Assembly (NCBI GenBank): GCA_016934635.1
Contig: JAFGSK010000044.1
Coordinates: 27,708 to 91,707, forward strand
Direction: 5' to 3'
From: a candidate division WOR-3 bacterium
GTDB taxonomy: Bacteria; Hydrothermota; Tepidihabitantia; B3-TA06
Length of the DNA: 64,000 bases
Part shown: in pieces, positions 18,247 through 28,767 of the stretch
Position numbering within the stretch: the stretch's first letter is position 1
Layout: every line of letters starts with the position of its first letter
Notes under the pieces: generated by a model
Seen by the model: only the letters and a program-made list of their open reading frames with translations
Told to the model about the DNA's origin: nothing
The model's database searches: none
Position numbers and translations under genes: made by a program

Positions 18247-18487
18247 CTGGGGTTTCTTTTGGCTTTTGTTTCTTTAATCGAAGGATGAGGGCCAAAGGAA
18301 CAAGAACACAGTAGCCCAGAACCATAAGGATTGGGGCAAGGACGGTCGAACCGCGCCAGAGTTGCCAGAATCCTAACCCGATGGCTACTACGCCCGCTGC
18401 AAGAAGCAACCAATTGATGAGTTGGTAGCGAGGCGACTGCAAGGCTACGACACTCTTCATTCTGGTCTTTTCCATCCTTTTTTTCAT
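18239..18487 (-). CDS. Small two-TM membrane protein (DUF3098-like)
   Basis: Two hydrophobic helices, LAPILMVLGY motif; overlaps both neighbours. Confidence 0.65.
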   Translation of the reverse strand: MKKRMEKTRMKSVVALQSPRYQLINWLLLAAGVVAIGLGFWQLWRGSTVLAPILMVLGYCVLVPLALILRLKKQKPKETPDV

Positions 18488-20178
18488 TTTATCTCCTTAA
18501 TTTCATTTTTGTAGATAGTATAGATGCGTACTGCCGGATCTTCTGGATCGGTAAGATACAAAAGACGACCCAGTATCCCCCGTCGATCCTGCAACTTACG
18601 CATTGCCTGGCATAACGAAAGGTCTTTACCTTCCTTCAAGGCGTCGTATAGAAATCCGTAGGCATCATAGCCTAGGGTGGCAGCCCAATCAGGGTCCTTA
18701 CCGTATTGATTGTTGTACTTGCCGTAGAAGGTATTTAATTCCATCTCACTTCCGAGTTTTCCAGATGTCGCTGCAAACCACACCCCTTCAAACGGCGTGT
18801 CTCCTCTACGCAGGATTTCTCTATCGGCGAAATCGTCTATCCCGAGCATGTTGACTTTCATCCTGTAGTAGGCGATTTGGGGAACAACTGACAGGAGCTG
18901 CTGCCGGTCAAAAGGCAGGAAGATTGCTTGCGCTCCTTTATGTCGAATCTCGAGGAAGGTTTGTTTCATTTCTACCACAGTGTCGGTCAACGGGTAGGAA
19001 TAAAGTACCGACCCGCCTTCGGCGCTTACCGTTGTAGCAAAGATATCCGCCAAGGCTTTACCTTGCTCGGTTTGAGGGTAGAGTATCCCGAATTTTTGAA
19101 GCCCCTTTCGGGCGGCGTATCGGGCAATCTCGCGAGTTTCCTCTTCGGCATAGGAATTCAATTGAAAAAGGCAATCGTTCAGATACAGAAGATTGGGATC
19201 GGTGGAGGTGGGAGAAATCATTGCGACTCCGGCCTGACTTGCGATCTTTGCGGTTGCGTTAACCTCTGCTGAGGTCAGTGGGCCGATGATCGCTTTTGCA
19301 CCCTTGCTTATGAGGTACTGAACCCCTTTAGCGGCTTCACCGGGGTCGGAATGAGTATCGTACAGCTCAAGATGGAGTGTAGTCATGCCCTCTTCCTTGT
19401 GGGCAAGCTCCACACCCTCTTTCACCATATGCCCGAATTCACTGAAATCCCCGGATAGAGGCAGGAGAAGACCGCAAACGAACTTGCCCTTAAGTACCGC
19501 AGCCGATGTCTCCATACCTCCAATTTTATCTATGTAAGGACTGTGTGGGAACCGGCGTCTCAACTCGGCAAAGTATGTGTCTGAAGATGCATAATCTTCC
19601 ACCTCGTAAGCCCGGGTTCCCAGGCGGTAAAGCAGCCATTCCGCAGCTTCGGTTTCGCCGTAGCGTTTGTAAAGAGCGCTCAAAACGCTGTAGTCTTCTT
19701 CACGCCCCAGAAGGTTTTTTGCACCTGAGGAGGCTCGGTTTCGCTCTGTAGGATTCTCGGTAGAAAGATAGGTTTCTATGTAGGCGGTAAGCGCCTGAGG
19801 GTATAGTTTCAGATACTCGTAACCCTCGGCAAGGATTATCTGGCTTTTTAAAACAAGAGGGGATTTCGGAAAGTACTTCTCAAGCTTCTGGGCCGAGCCG
19901 ACCGCATGCTGCCAGTCCTTCTTTTTTGTAAAACAAAGGGAAGCCATGTAGTAGGCGTCGTCTACAAGAACGGAACGTGGATAGCCCTTTATTAGTGCAG
20001 AGCATTCTTTTATCGCCTCGTCGTAGGAGGCTTTCTTGTAATATTCCTCGGCATGCTCGAATATGGCCAATGCTTCGGCTTCGTAGCGGTCGCGATTAAT
20101 CAAAAGCCACCTGCAGCCTCCTGAAGCGATGAGGAAAAAAAGTGCAACAAGTAACAAGACTATCTTTGTTTTCTTCAT
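18484..20178 (-). CDS. Lipoprotein with BamD-like TPRs and a type I periplasmic-binding domain (LpoA/LppC-like)
   Basis: Lipobox-like SGGC, TPR helices ending YPRS/FPKS, GLLLPLSG, IIGPLTS and LGYDA motifs. Confidence 0.8.
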   Translation of the reverse strand: MKKTKIVLLLVALFFLIASGGCRWLLINRDRYEAEALAIFEHAEEYYKKASYDEAIKECSALIKGYPRSVLVDDAYYMASLCFTKKKDWQHAVGSAQKLEKYFPKSPLVLKSQIILAEGYEYLKLYPQALTAYIETYLSTENPTERNRASSGAKNLLGREEDYSVLSALYKRYGETEAAEWLLYRLGTRAYEVEDYASSDTYFAELRRRFPHSPYIDKIGGMETSAAVLKGKFVCGLLLPLSGDFSEFGHMVKEGVELAHKEEGMTTLHLELYDTHSDPGEAAKGVQYLISKGAKAIIGPLTSAEVNATAKIASQAGVAMISPTSTDPNLLYLNDCLFQLNSYAEEETREIARYAARKGLQKFGILYPQTEQGKALADIFATTVSAEGGSVLYSYPLTDTVVEMKQTFLEIRHKGAQAIFLPFDRQQLLSVVPQIAYYRMKVNMLGIDDFADREILRRGDTPFEGVWFAATSGKLGSEMELNTFYGKYNNQYGKDPDWAATLGYDAYGFLYDALKEGKDLSLCQAMRKLQDRRGILGRLLYLTDPEDPAVRIYTIYKNEIKEIK

Positions 20179-20684
20179 TCCCTGGCTTCCCTTAAGCGTT
20201 GCTTTGTAAGTTCTATGTAGTGGCTTCCGGCTTCACGTATCATCTGGATGGTAGACGGATCAAGACTGCGTTTGACAACCGCGGGTACTCCCACAACCAG
20301 ACTGTGTTCAGGGACCTTCATCCGTTCGCGGACCACGGCACCTGCGGCAACCACCGAACCGCGGCCTATGTGTGCGCCGTCCAGGACGACCGCTCCCATA
20401 CCTATAAGGCAATCGTCCTCAATTACGCAACCGTGGATAATCGCACCGTGCCCTACAGTTACCCTATCTCCTATGATTACAGGAAGCTCGTGGGTTACGT
20501 GCAGTGCGCAGTTATCCTGGATATTCGTCTCGTTGCCTATCTTGATGTAGTTGAGATCACCTCTGATCACCGCATTGTACCACACGCTGGAAAGCTCGCC
20601 CAGTTCCACCTGACCGATGAGATGAGCGCCTGCCGCGATGAAACAGCGCTTGGCTACGATACCTGGTCTTTGGGAGTCAGCCAT
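20175..20684 (-). CDS. Gamma-carbonic anhydrase family protein (YrdA-like)
   Basis: RGDLNYI, NIQDNCALH and VGHGAIIHGC hexapeptide repeats. Confidence 0.93.
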   Translation of the reverse strand: MADSQRPGIVAKRCFIAAGAHLIGQVELGELSSVWYNAVIRGDLNYIKIGNETNIQDNCALHVTHELPVIIGDRVTVGHGAIIHGCVIEDDCLIGMGAVVLDGAHIGRGSVVAAGAVVRERMKVPEHSLVVGVPAVVKRSLDPSTIQMIREAGSHYIELTKQRLREARE

Positions 20685-20816
20685 CTAGCCTGGATTGTAC
20701 ACCATTACTTATAGGAAGTCAAGGTTTTGCATCTGATGATAATGTAATCTATCGTTGAGTTTTGACCCTCAAGCAGCTATATCCGTCGGTTTAATGACTG
20801 AAGTCTCCGAGTCATA

Positions 20817-21746
20817 CTAATACGCTATCACCGCCTTTGCCGTTTCTCGAACTTCAGGAGTGTTAAGGCATACAAAGTAAGTGCCCGAGGGTAACCGGGA
20901 ACCGTCCCAGGAAAGAAAGTGATTCCCAGCTTCGCGAAAACTCGAGTGGAGGATTTCGAGCTTGCGACCCACGCAATCCCAGAGGGTTACTTCGACCCAT
21001 CCGGGCTGCGCTAGGGTGTAGCGAATCTCATCTTCATATACTTGGATGGAGGTTTGTACTATATCGCAATCGCAAGGTTTCAGTTCGACTATATCGCCTG
21101 AGGGGAAGCTACCTTTAATCCTGAGAATCAGGTCCGCAGTATCACCCATCGGCTTGGGGTGATCTTGGACGGTAACATTATCCCAAGAACGCCAGCCCTG
21201 ATCCTGGGTATAGAGCCACGAAACATGATGCAGGGGTTTAACCAGGTCGTACTGAAAGACAGGCTTGTTCGCCTTCTGGAATTCGACAGCGAAGTAGAAA
21301 CTGCCGGATTGAACAACCATATCCAAGTCACTGACATCGAACCAATTGAACCACAGAGGAAGTTCAGCCGAAGCCGTCCTCTGCCCGATCTGGTCACCTG
21401 GACCTTGTGCACCTTCTTCGTAGAAGATAAGCTTACAGGATTCGGTGTAAGTGCTGTCTTCAAGAGAACCTACAGGAACATAGGAAGCCTCGAGTATCCT
21501 GAACGGGTAGTTCGGAGGCGTAAATTTTACCGCCAGACGGTCTCCAGGGTTAACCAAAAGATACCAGGTGCATAAATAAATATTAAATTGGTCTGCCTCG
21601 TCTTCTGCAAGCTCAAAAGTGTCAAGGTCGTCTGCTTGCAAATTAGACCTCATGTAGAAGGTGTTTACCTCCTTTGGCGAGAACGTAAAACCAGACATCT
21701 CACCAAAGCACAGACAAAGGGCGGTAAAAATCCAGATTCTCTTCAT
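20817..21746 (-). CDS. Secreted protein with a T9SS-type C-terminal sorting domain (paralogue A)
   Basis: Signal peptide; C-terminus IRYTL...WDGSRLPSGTYFVCL...KAVI. Confidence 0.8.
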   Translation of the reverse strand: MKRIWIFTALCLCFGEMSGFTFSPKEVNTFYMRSNLQADDLDTFELAEDEADQFNIYLCTWYLLVNPGDRLAVKFTPPNYPFRILEASYVPVGSLEDSTYTESCKLIFYEEGAQGPGDQIGQRTASAELPLWFNWFDVSDLDMVVQSGSFYFAVEFQKANKPVFQYDLVKPLHHVSWLYTQDQGWRSWDNVTVQDHPKPMGDTADLILRIKGSFPSGDIVELKPCDCDIVQTSIQVYEDEIRYTLAQPGWVEVTLWDCVGRKLEILHSSFREAGNHFLSWDGSRLPSGTYFVCLNTPEVRETAKAVIAY

Positions 21747-21863
21747 AAATCCTCCTAGGTATAATTTTCGCAGCAATGCTACAACAATCCAGGAGCCGGT
21801 CAAGCTTTACGTGCCACTGGATCGGTCTAATGTAGCCACATTGGGGTTATTTAAAGTTCCGAG

Positions 21864-22772
21864 TTAATGCTTACTTGTCATCACCACTTTTGCCGTTTTC
21901 CGCACTTGGGGAGTGTTAAGGCAGAAAAAGTAAGTACCCGAGGGTAACCGCGAACTATCCCAAAGCAAAGAGTGACTTCCAGTCTCTTCAAAACCACTGT
22001 AGAGGGTTTCGAGCCTCCGTCCTGATGCGTCCCAAAGTGAAATCTCAACGTCTGCATATGTAGGCAATGTGTACCGGATAACGCCTGATGAAACTGTAAT
22101 TGTAACCTCAGGGACGGGGTCGGTGACCAAGTCTGGTTCTAACTCTACTATGCCTGCATCAGGTGCTAGACCCTTAACCCGCAGGATCATATCTACGCTG
22201 TCACCAAGCTTTCCCGACATTCCAGTTACATTTATCTGTTCCCAAGAGTACCAGGTCCCGTCATCGTAGAACCAGGAGGAATGGTGCAGTGGACGATTAC
22301 AATCATACTCGAAGAAAGGACCCTCTGTATGTACCAGTTCAACCGCGACATAGAAACTGCCCGAGTTAATTACAACGTTGAGATCACTTGCATCGACCCA
22401 ACGCACCCATGCATAATCGAGAGCAACCGTTTTATGTGCAATCTCTTTGCCAGGTGACTCTGTCCCATCTTGAAAGAAGCAGAGCTTGCATTGCTGGTCA
22501 TAGGTTTCCCCTAATGCGCCGTATGCCGCTTCGAGTACGGTGAAAGGGTAGCTGGGTGGTGTATACTTAACTCCCATCCTGTCCCCGGGATCAAGCTCTA
22601 AATGCCACCAGCCCAGACCTTCCTCGTCGGCCTGCAGAGTAACGGTGTCCATGTCAGCCTTACGAAACTGAAACGTGTTACTTGTATTTCCTATGTCGGT
22701 GATGGATATAGTCAAACCTGGTATTACCCAAATCAGCACATAGATAACGGTCAAGCTAAAGGTTCTTTTCAT
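21864..22772 (-). CDS. Secreted protein with a T9SS-type C-terminal sorting domain (paralogue B)
   Basis: Same architecture as paralogue A; shares PGDR.V..TPP.YPF, PLHH.SW and LPSGTYF. Confidence 0.8.
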   Translation of the reverse strand: MKRTFSLTVIYVLIWVIPGLTISITDIGNTSNTFQFRKADMDTVTLQADEEGLGWWHLELDPGDRMGVKYTPPSYPFTVLEAAYGALGETYDQQCKLCFFQDGTESPGKEIAHKTVALDYAWVRWVDASDLNVVINSGSFYVAVELVHTEGPFFEYDCNRPLHHSSWFYDDGTWYSWEQINVTGMSGKLGDSVDMILRVKGLAPDAGIVELEPDLVTDPVPEVTITVSSGVIRYTLPTYADVEISLWDASGRRLETLYSGFEETGSHSLLWDSSRLPSGTYFFCLNTPQVRKTAKVVMTSKH

Positions 22773-23051
22773 AAATCCTCCTCTGTTCATCGTCGCGATA
22801 GAAAATTATCGCCGACAATAGTTATCGGAAATAAGAATAAGCTTTTTTTAAGGCTAGTCAAGTTCAGTTCTAAGACTTCCGGTGTTTAGCTAATTCGATT
22901 AAGGTTTGATCTTAACTAGACAAAGATTCTCTTTTTTGTTCTTTTGACCGGGCTTGACAGCCCTGCTCCTTTCAGTATGATTGCCCTATGAAACGTTTGT
23001 TGTCAATAGTTTGCTTTAAATCGAAAAATCTAACCGAAAAGAAGGTGAAGA

Positions 23052-24245
23052 ATGCAAGAGGCTCCTGAGAGGAAACATCGTACAGGAACGATTATTATTT
23101 TCGTGGTAATGGGTGTCGTATTAATCGGAGGTTTCGTTTTTTTAGGGACTTACCTCTTCAGCGGGAACAGACTGACAGGTCTGTTTACTAAAAGCGTAAA
23201 AGAGAAACCAGAAGATACACTCGCGGTGATTGATCCGGCTCTACTCGCTTACTAAGACTCGTTAGAATTATACGAATCGTACATCGATAAGAATCCTGAG
23301 GTTCCCGAGGCCTGGATTATCAAGGGGTATTACCTGTCTCGACTGGGTCGAAACCAGGAGGCTCTTACTGCATACGAAGAGGCAATAAGGCTTGAGCCTG
23401 ATAATGCCGAAACTTACTATTCAAAAGGTGTTATTCTTAATGTGTTACTGCATTACGAGGAAGCACTTGCCGCCTTTGATCAGGCTATAAGCTTATACCC
23501 GGATTACATGGACGCACGTTATAACCGGGGATGTATGTTAACCACACTGAATCGAGACGAAGAAGCGATAAAGGAGTATAAGAAGGTCTTGGAACTCGAC
23601 TCCACACATCCGGAATCTTACCATATGATGGGCCTGAGCCTTGCGAAACTCGACCGCTCAGAAGAAGCGATAGAGGCCCTCAAGCACTCAATCAGGGTTG
23701 CGCCTGATAACCATCTGGCGCATGGCTTATTGGGAATGCTTTACCTTAAACTCGGAAGATTCGAGGAGGCTGTGGATGCATCCAAGAAGGCAATAGAATT
23801 AGATTCTCAGTACTTGTTCGCATACTCAACCCTTGCATTTTCACTCAACAAATTGAAGCGCTACCCGCAATCCCTGGAAGCCTGTGAACAGATGATAGCC
23901 TTGAATCCTGATCTGGCCTCCGCTTATGATCTCAAGGCGACAATCCTGGGTAATATGTCCAGAAATATGAAAAAAAAGGAGGAGCGCATGAGACTCGAAG
24001 AGGCAGAAACGAACGTTCGTAAGGCGATTGATCTTTCAGACGGGATGGTTGGTTACTACAATCTTGCCTGCGTCCAGACAAGATTGGGTCAGCACGAGAA
24101 GGCCCTGGAAAGCCTTCGTAAAAGCAAGGAGTTTTCCACCGACTTCAATCCCGAGTGGGCCTGGGAGGACCCTGATCTTGATAACCTGCGCAAGGAGCCT
24201 TTCCGCGAGGAGTTTATTAAGATCGTGGGATCGCCCTCGAAATAA
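23052..24245 (+). pseudogene. Membrane-anchored TPR protein interrupted by one in-frame TAA
   Basis: The two track ORFs share a frame. After TAA 23253-23255 the frame stays open through TPRs (EAWIIKGYYLSRLGRNQEAL) to the C-terminal YNLAC...DPDLDNLR. Confidence 0.8.
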
Positions 24246-24302
24246 ATCTCTATCTGCATTATCAATTCTGTTGGAATAGGTATTTATTTACGAAGACAGC
24301 GC

Positions 24303-24608
24303 TTAGAATTCAGGCAAATTCACCATGTTGTCACCTCTCTTTTGAGATTTATCCGTTCGGATGAACTTCTCACCGTCAACCTTCACAAGCCTTACGTTCG
24401 CTTCTTTTTGCCATTTGCCTTCGATGTTTTTAAAGATCGCAGCCATGGTGTAGCCCTTATCAAGCAGGTATATAACCTTGGAACGGGAAATATCCACAGA
24501 TTCACTTATGCTGTCCCCCTTATCTATACAACATCGTACACCTTCTATTATGGTGCGGTCACCGTTATACTTGACCGCCGAGATTAGATAATCCGCCCAT
24601 TTAGCCAT
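24303..24608 (-). CDS. DUF3892 domain protein
   Basis: WADYLISAVKY...KFIRTD...DNMVNLPEF; TTGACA/TATACT promoter and AAGGAG SD. Confidence 0.85.
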   Translation of the reverse strand: MAKWADYLISAVKYNGDRTIIEGVRCCIDKGDSISESVDISRSKVIYLLDKGYTMAAIFKNIEGKWQKEANVRLVKVDGEKFIRTDKSQKRGDNMVNLPEF

Positions 24609-24745
24609 ACCTTTGCTCCTTATATTATTAGTATAGCCTCCTAAATTTCACTTGTCAAGAGGTTAATTGCATTAAGCGATTGTGTGTCATTGCCTTGGGA
24701 AATGAAGCTGGTAAAAATCGTAAGGGGAGAAATAAGGTTTAGAGT

Positions 24746-24771
24746 TGTAACTTTTTACCTATCTCACCGTC
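24746..24771 (+). promoter_or_regulatory. Candidate ECF-sigma promoter
   Basis: TGTAAC-N16-CGTC, resembling SigX/SigM-type ECF consensus. Confidence 0.45.
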
Positions 24772-24870
24772 TTCTATTTATGTATGGTAGGATCTGGTTA
24801 CGTGTGGTGAGAACGGGGCTCGTTGCCCCAGAATAAGCAAGTATGTTACGTCGTGCGAAGGAGTAGCGTG

Positions 24871-25158
24871 ATGAGGTACGTAAAAAAACCGACACCTGTG
24901 GATGTAGTCTCAGCGCTCATAAGCCTGAATTACAACATCACGGAACACAACTCGGAACGGTTGGTATTAAGCGATAACAGGCATAGGGTTCCTATAAACA
25001 AAGCTCTGTTCAGCAGTTACGCGGAGCCAGTATTGCGTCGCTGGTTAGAGCTCGCTTTTTCCGAACAGGATCAGGATCTTTTACTTGAGAAGATGGTTCT
25101 AAACAAGTCGGTAGCCAGGGTCGTGCAATGGCTGGAAACGCCTCCGTTGAGGGTTTAA
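24871..25158 (+). CDS. Hypothetical protein
   Basis: AAGGAG SD, 95 aa, hairpin downstream at about 25186-25212. Confidence 0.6.
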   Translation: MRYVKKPTPVDVVSALISLNYNITEHNSERLVLSDNRHRVPINKALFSSYAEPVLRRWLELAFSEQDQDLLLEKMVLNKSVARVVQWLETPPLRV

Positions 25159-25282
25159 TAAATTTGAAGTACAAGATTAAGCAACCCGGATCTGGGACAG
25201 ATCGGTTTCTTTCATCCAGTCTCTGATTCAGGCAACATTCACAACCCTATTAATATACATCATTTGCAAAGGGAGGTTATCA

Positions 25283-25450
25283 ATGCAGAAACTTGAACAG
25301 AAGCTTGATCGAGAAGAAAACCGCAAGCTCCTTACCGAGATACTTGCTTCCAAAGGTGTTATAGGTAAGATCAAATCCATAGTAGAGAAGGAAACCGGGG
25401 TCGTTATCATCGTCGATTCCATGGGAACAGAAAAGAGAAGAGGATACTGA
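25283..25450 (+). CDS. Unannotated 55-aa protein MQKLEQKLDREENRKLLTEILASKGVIGKIKSIVEKETGVVIIVDSMGTEKRRGY
   Basis: GGGAGG SD; hand translation. Confidence 0.65.
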   Translation: MQKLEQKLDREENRKLLTEILASKGVIGKIKSIVEKETGVVIIVDSMGTEKRRGY

Positions 25451-25619
25451 ATTAAGGTAACTATCCCGGGATCAAAGGTCCGTTTTCGGAAAACTTGAAA
25501 CCCCATATTATTTTATATGCGTGAGTGCAATAATGAGGTTGACAAACCATTCGCCCGGGTTAAGATTTTTTACAAGGATGCCCATCGTAAATAGAGCATA
25601 GGACATTTTTGGAGTACCT

Positions 25620-25790
25620 GTGGATGATATGAAATGTGTCGAGTGTGGGAAAGGCGTAGACAAGAAATGGTTGAAAAAAAGTAACGTGGTTGTCCCCTTA
25701 TGTCCGGAATGTTACGAAAAGGTGAAGCACCTTTTCGAGGAGTTCGATCCTCAAGCCAGCAAGGTTTCCACTAGATGTAACTCAAAGTGA
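25620..25790 (+). CDS. Unannotated 56-aa C4 zinc-finger microprotein
   Basis: KCVECGK...LCPECYEK; GGAG SD; TTGACA-N16-TAAGAT upstream. Confidence 0.7.
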   Translation: MDDMKCVECGKGVDKKWLKKSNVVVPLCPECYEKVKHLFEEFDPQASKVSTRCNSK

Positions 25791-26078
25791 CCTTCCCGAT
25801 CGAGACGAAAAATACACTTGGTAATTCCTAAAGGCTCGAACTAAATTCCGAGCTCAGGTGAATCCCATAACACCCATACAATCGGGGAAAAGGTCCTGTA
25901 ACGAATGTGGTATTCTGAATCTGATCGTTTGAGGTGACTAAAGAAATCGTATCAAGATACTCAACTTTGATTGGCTTGATTAATCTTCGTATTCATGTCC
26001 TGGATCGACGCTATTGACTCGGGGGATACTCGGGGTATAGTCCTAAAAACAAGCAAAGGTATTTTCAAAGGAGGCAGG

Positions 26079-28115
26079 ATGTGCCCTTTAACGATTTTGA
26101 CGCTGATTCTTTCTGCGGGAGTGACCGTGGATTCCAGGCTTGACGGTTACGACGTCGCCTCAGAGCAGCCCGATCTAGGTTACCTTATGGGCGAGCAGGA
26201 ACTTGCACGGCTTGATGAAATAGGGTTTTTTCTTAGATCCACCCATGACGAAACCATCTACGAGGTTTACTCCGATTACACCGAATCACCTTACACACCG
26301 ATCTTCGTATCTACAGACCTTCCGTATCATACCATGCACATGATGGTCGATTACACGGTCAGGATCATCGAGATAGAAGAGCTTCTGCCCAAGCTGGAGG
26401 CCCTGACCAGAGGTATGTTAGAGCATGCTGAGAAAGGATATAAGAAGGCTCCGAAAGAACTAAGGGAAGCGGCAAAAATAACCTACATTTACTTTGCAGT
26501 TGCTGCAAGGCTTCTTGAAATGGATATCGAGATAAAGGATGCCGATTGCATGAACAAGGTTGAGACCGAACTTGCCAGGATCGACAGGCATTCGGGGATA
26601 GATCGCATTTCGTTTATGGAGGATGTGTCAGAGGATTATTCACAGTACGCACCAAGAGGACACTACACACGGTCGGATGACTTCCGCCGCTACTTCAAGG
26701 CGATGATGTGGTACGGCCGCCTGCCCTTCACGGTACCCGACGATCCGTCAAGCTCAGTTACATATCTGCAGGCGGCGATTCTCGAGGCCTCCTATCTTTG
26801 CGAAGACTCTGAACTTACCCAGCTCTGGGAAGACATATACGAGCCCACCGCCTTTTTCTTCGGGGCTGCCGAGGATATAACACCCGGTTTACTCATTGAA
26901 GAGACCCGTGATTTTTTTGCTGAAGATGTATCGGAGAACTATCTGGTCGATGAAGAGAAGATGCTTGAGTTTGCAAACTACCTTACCGAAAGCAATCAGC
27001 CGAAGATCGTCTCCGGGCTGGTCCCTTCATTGGGCACGGGTGAACCCGTAAAAGCCCCTGTTACAGTCCGTTTCATGCCCCAGAGGTTCGTGCCGGATTC
27101 GTATATCTTCTCCGAACTGGTCTTCGATAAGGTACTCTCGTATCAGGGAGATGGGGAACCTTTTACCTTGGGGCAAACCCAGCTCGGGCCTATGCGGGTT
27201 TTCCCTCGCGGTCTTGATCTTTTGGCCGTACTGCGGTGGAACCAGGCATACCAGATACTTGCCGATGAAGGTGATACAGACTACATGAAGTACTCCGAGC
27301 AGTTCGAGAAGATGATTAAGTGGTATGCCGGGCTTCCGGTTCGTGACAAGGAATCCTCGATCTACTTCAGATGGTTTGATTTCTTTCTTACCTATAGAGA
27401 CGGTACCCCGCCGCCGCTGGTAGACGGGGAAGCCTGGGAGCGAAAAAAGATAGTGACAGCGCTTGGTTCGTGGTCAGAACTGCGTCACGATGCAATCCTT
27501 TATGCCAAACAGAGTTATACCGGGTTTGCAATGGCCGCAGAACCCGGTGAGGAGCTTCCACCGCCGCCGCCGCTGCATCTTGCTTTAATTGAAGACGCAG
27601 GAGGTCTTTATGCACGGATGGCTGAGTGCGCCCGCGTGATCGCTGAATTCTCAAATGAAGAAAATCCGGAACACCCGATTCGAGAAACCTTCCTGTACTT
27701 TGCCGAGGTTCTTGACAGACTCGATACGCTGTCAGATAAACAACAAGACGGCCTGAGTGCCGAGGAACACGAGTGGCTCTGGAAGGTTGCAGGCAAACTT
27801 TCATACATGCCTTCAAGACTGGGTGAGGTGGTTACGGACGAAACGGATGAACGTGCAGCCTTGATAGCAGACGTGCACTCAGATCCCAACTCAGGACTCG
27901 TTCTGGAAGAGGGAACCGGTGATCCGGCAAGAATATACGTTATCTGCAGGATAGACGGCAAAACATACGTGGCCCAGGGTGGGGCATACACCTACTTTGA
28001 ATTCAAGCACCCGATGTCGGACAGATTGACTGACGAGGCTTGGCACGACCTCCTGGATTCAAGCAAGAGGCCGGAGATGCCTTCCTGGACCGATCCTGTG
28101 TTCGTAGAGAGGTGA
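26079..28115 (+). CDS. DUF3160 domain secreted protein (paralogue 1)
   Basis: DYSQYAPRGHYT, YFKAMMWYGR, WSELRHDAILYAKQS and RLTDEAW motifs. GGAGG SD before ATG 26079. Confidence 0.88.
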   Translation: MCPLTILTLILSAGVTVDSRLDGYDVASEQPDLGYLMGEQELARLDEIGFFLRSTHDETIYEVYSDYTESPYTPIFVSTDLPYHTMHMMVDYTVRIIEIEELLPKLEALTRGMLEHAEKGYKKAPKELREAAKITYIYFAVAARLLEMDIEIKDADCMNKVETELARIDRHSGIDRISFMEDVSEDYSQYAPRGHYTRSDDFRRYFKAMMWYGRLPFTVPDDPSSSVTYLQAAILEASYLCEDSELTQLWEDIYEPTAFFFGAAEDITPGLLIEETRDFFAEDVSENYLVDEEKMLEFANYLTESNQPKIVSGLVPSLGTGEPVKAPVTVRFMPQRFVPDSYIFSELVFDKVLSYQGDGEPFTLGQTQLGPMRVFPRGLDLLAVLRWNQAYQILADEGDTDYMKYSEQFEKMIKWYAGLPVRDKESSIYFRWFDFFLTYRDGTPPPLVDGEAWERKKIVTALGSWSELRHDAILYAKQSYTGFAMAAEPGEELPPPPPLHLALIEDAGGLYARMAECARVIAEFSNEENPEHPIRETFLYFAEVLDRLDTLSDKQQDGLSAEEHEWLWKVAGKLSYMPSRLGEVVTDETDERAALIADVHSDPNSGLVLEEGTGDPARIYVICRIDGKTYVAQGGAYTYFEFKHPMSDRLTDEAWHDLLDSSKRPEMPSWTDPVFVER

Positions 28116-28654
28116 TGAGAGTTAAGATCATCCTCATCTTATGCGGAGTTCAATCCTTGATAGCCGGCATCTGGGTCGCAGGTTTGGGCGGCGGAAGTGC
28201 AATTTACCTGGCAGGTGATCAACCGCAAGACCTCTATGAAACCCTGAGAGCCTGGCGAGTAGAGGCTGAGGCAGGTTACTATGCAGGCAAGGAGGGTTTT
28301 AACGTACTCGTGAACTATGCAGAAAATCTGGCTAAGCATCAAGGTTCGTCTACTCTCACTCGTGATCTGCATCTGGCACTTTTGGGTGAGTATCGACTTA
28401 TCATGTTGAATAAGGCAGGAAACTTACAGGGCACTCTTGGATTGGGTCCTTCCCTGCATCGACTTCACTTCTATTCCGCTAATGAAGTATTGAAACGGTC
28501 GCCAAGATTCAACGTAGACACTGAGGTGGCCGTTCTATGGTTTACATCCCGTCATCTCTTGATTCGTGGACAAGCCTCCTATTCGTTTCCTCCGCTTACT
28601 CCTTTCAGTGGCAGTCAACTAAGTTTAACCCTGCGTTTCAACTATCGCTCCTAA
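28115..28654 (+). CDS. Small outer-membrane beta-barrel protein
   Basis: Signal peptide, amphipathic strands, ends LTLRFNYRS; TGATG coupling to the DUF3160 gene. Confidence 0.65.
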   Translation: MRVKIILILCGVQSLIAGIWVAGLGGGSAIYLAGDQPQDLYETLRAWRVEAEAGYYAGKEGFNVLVNYAENLAKHQGSSTLTRDLHLALLGEYRLIMLNKAGNLQGTLGLGPSLHRLHFYSANEVLKRSPRFNVDTEVAVLWFTSRHLLIRGQASYSFPPLTPFSGSQLSLTLRFNYRS

Positions 28655-28767
28655 CGCCCTTTATTAACCTGACTTTATACAAACCTGGAAAACCATCAGG
28701 GATTTAATGTTTGACAACCTTCTCCACTCCGTTCACCTATAACGAATCCAATTAGGAGGATTTATGA

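Noticed and set aside
25228-25506. 92-aa minus-strand ORF
   Set aside because: Shadow of the SD-supported plus-strand ORF at 25283-25450.
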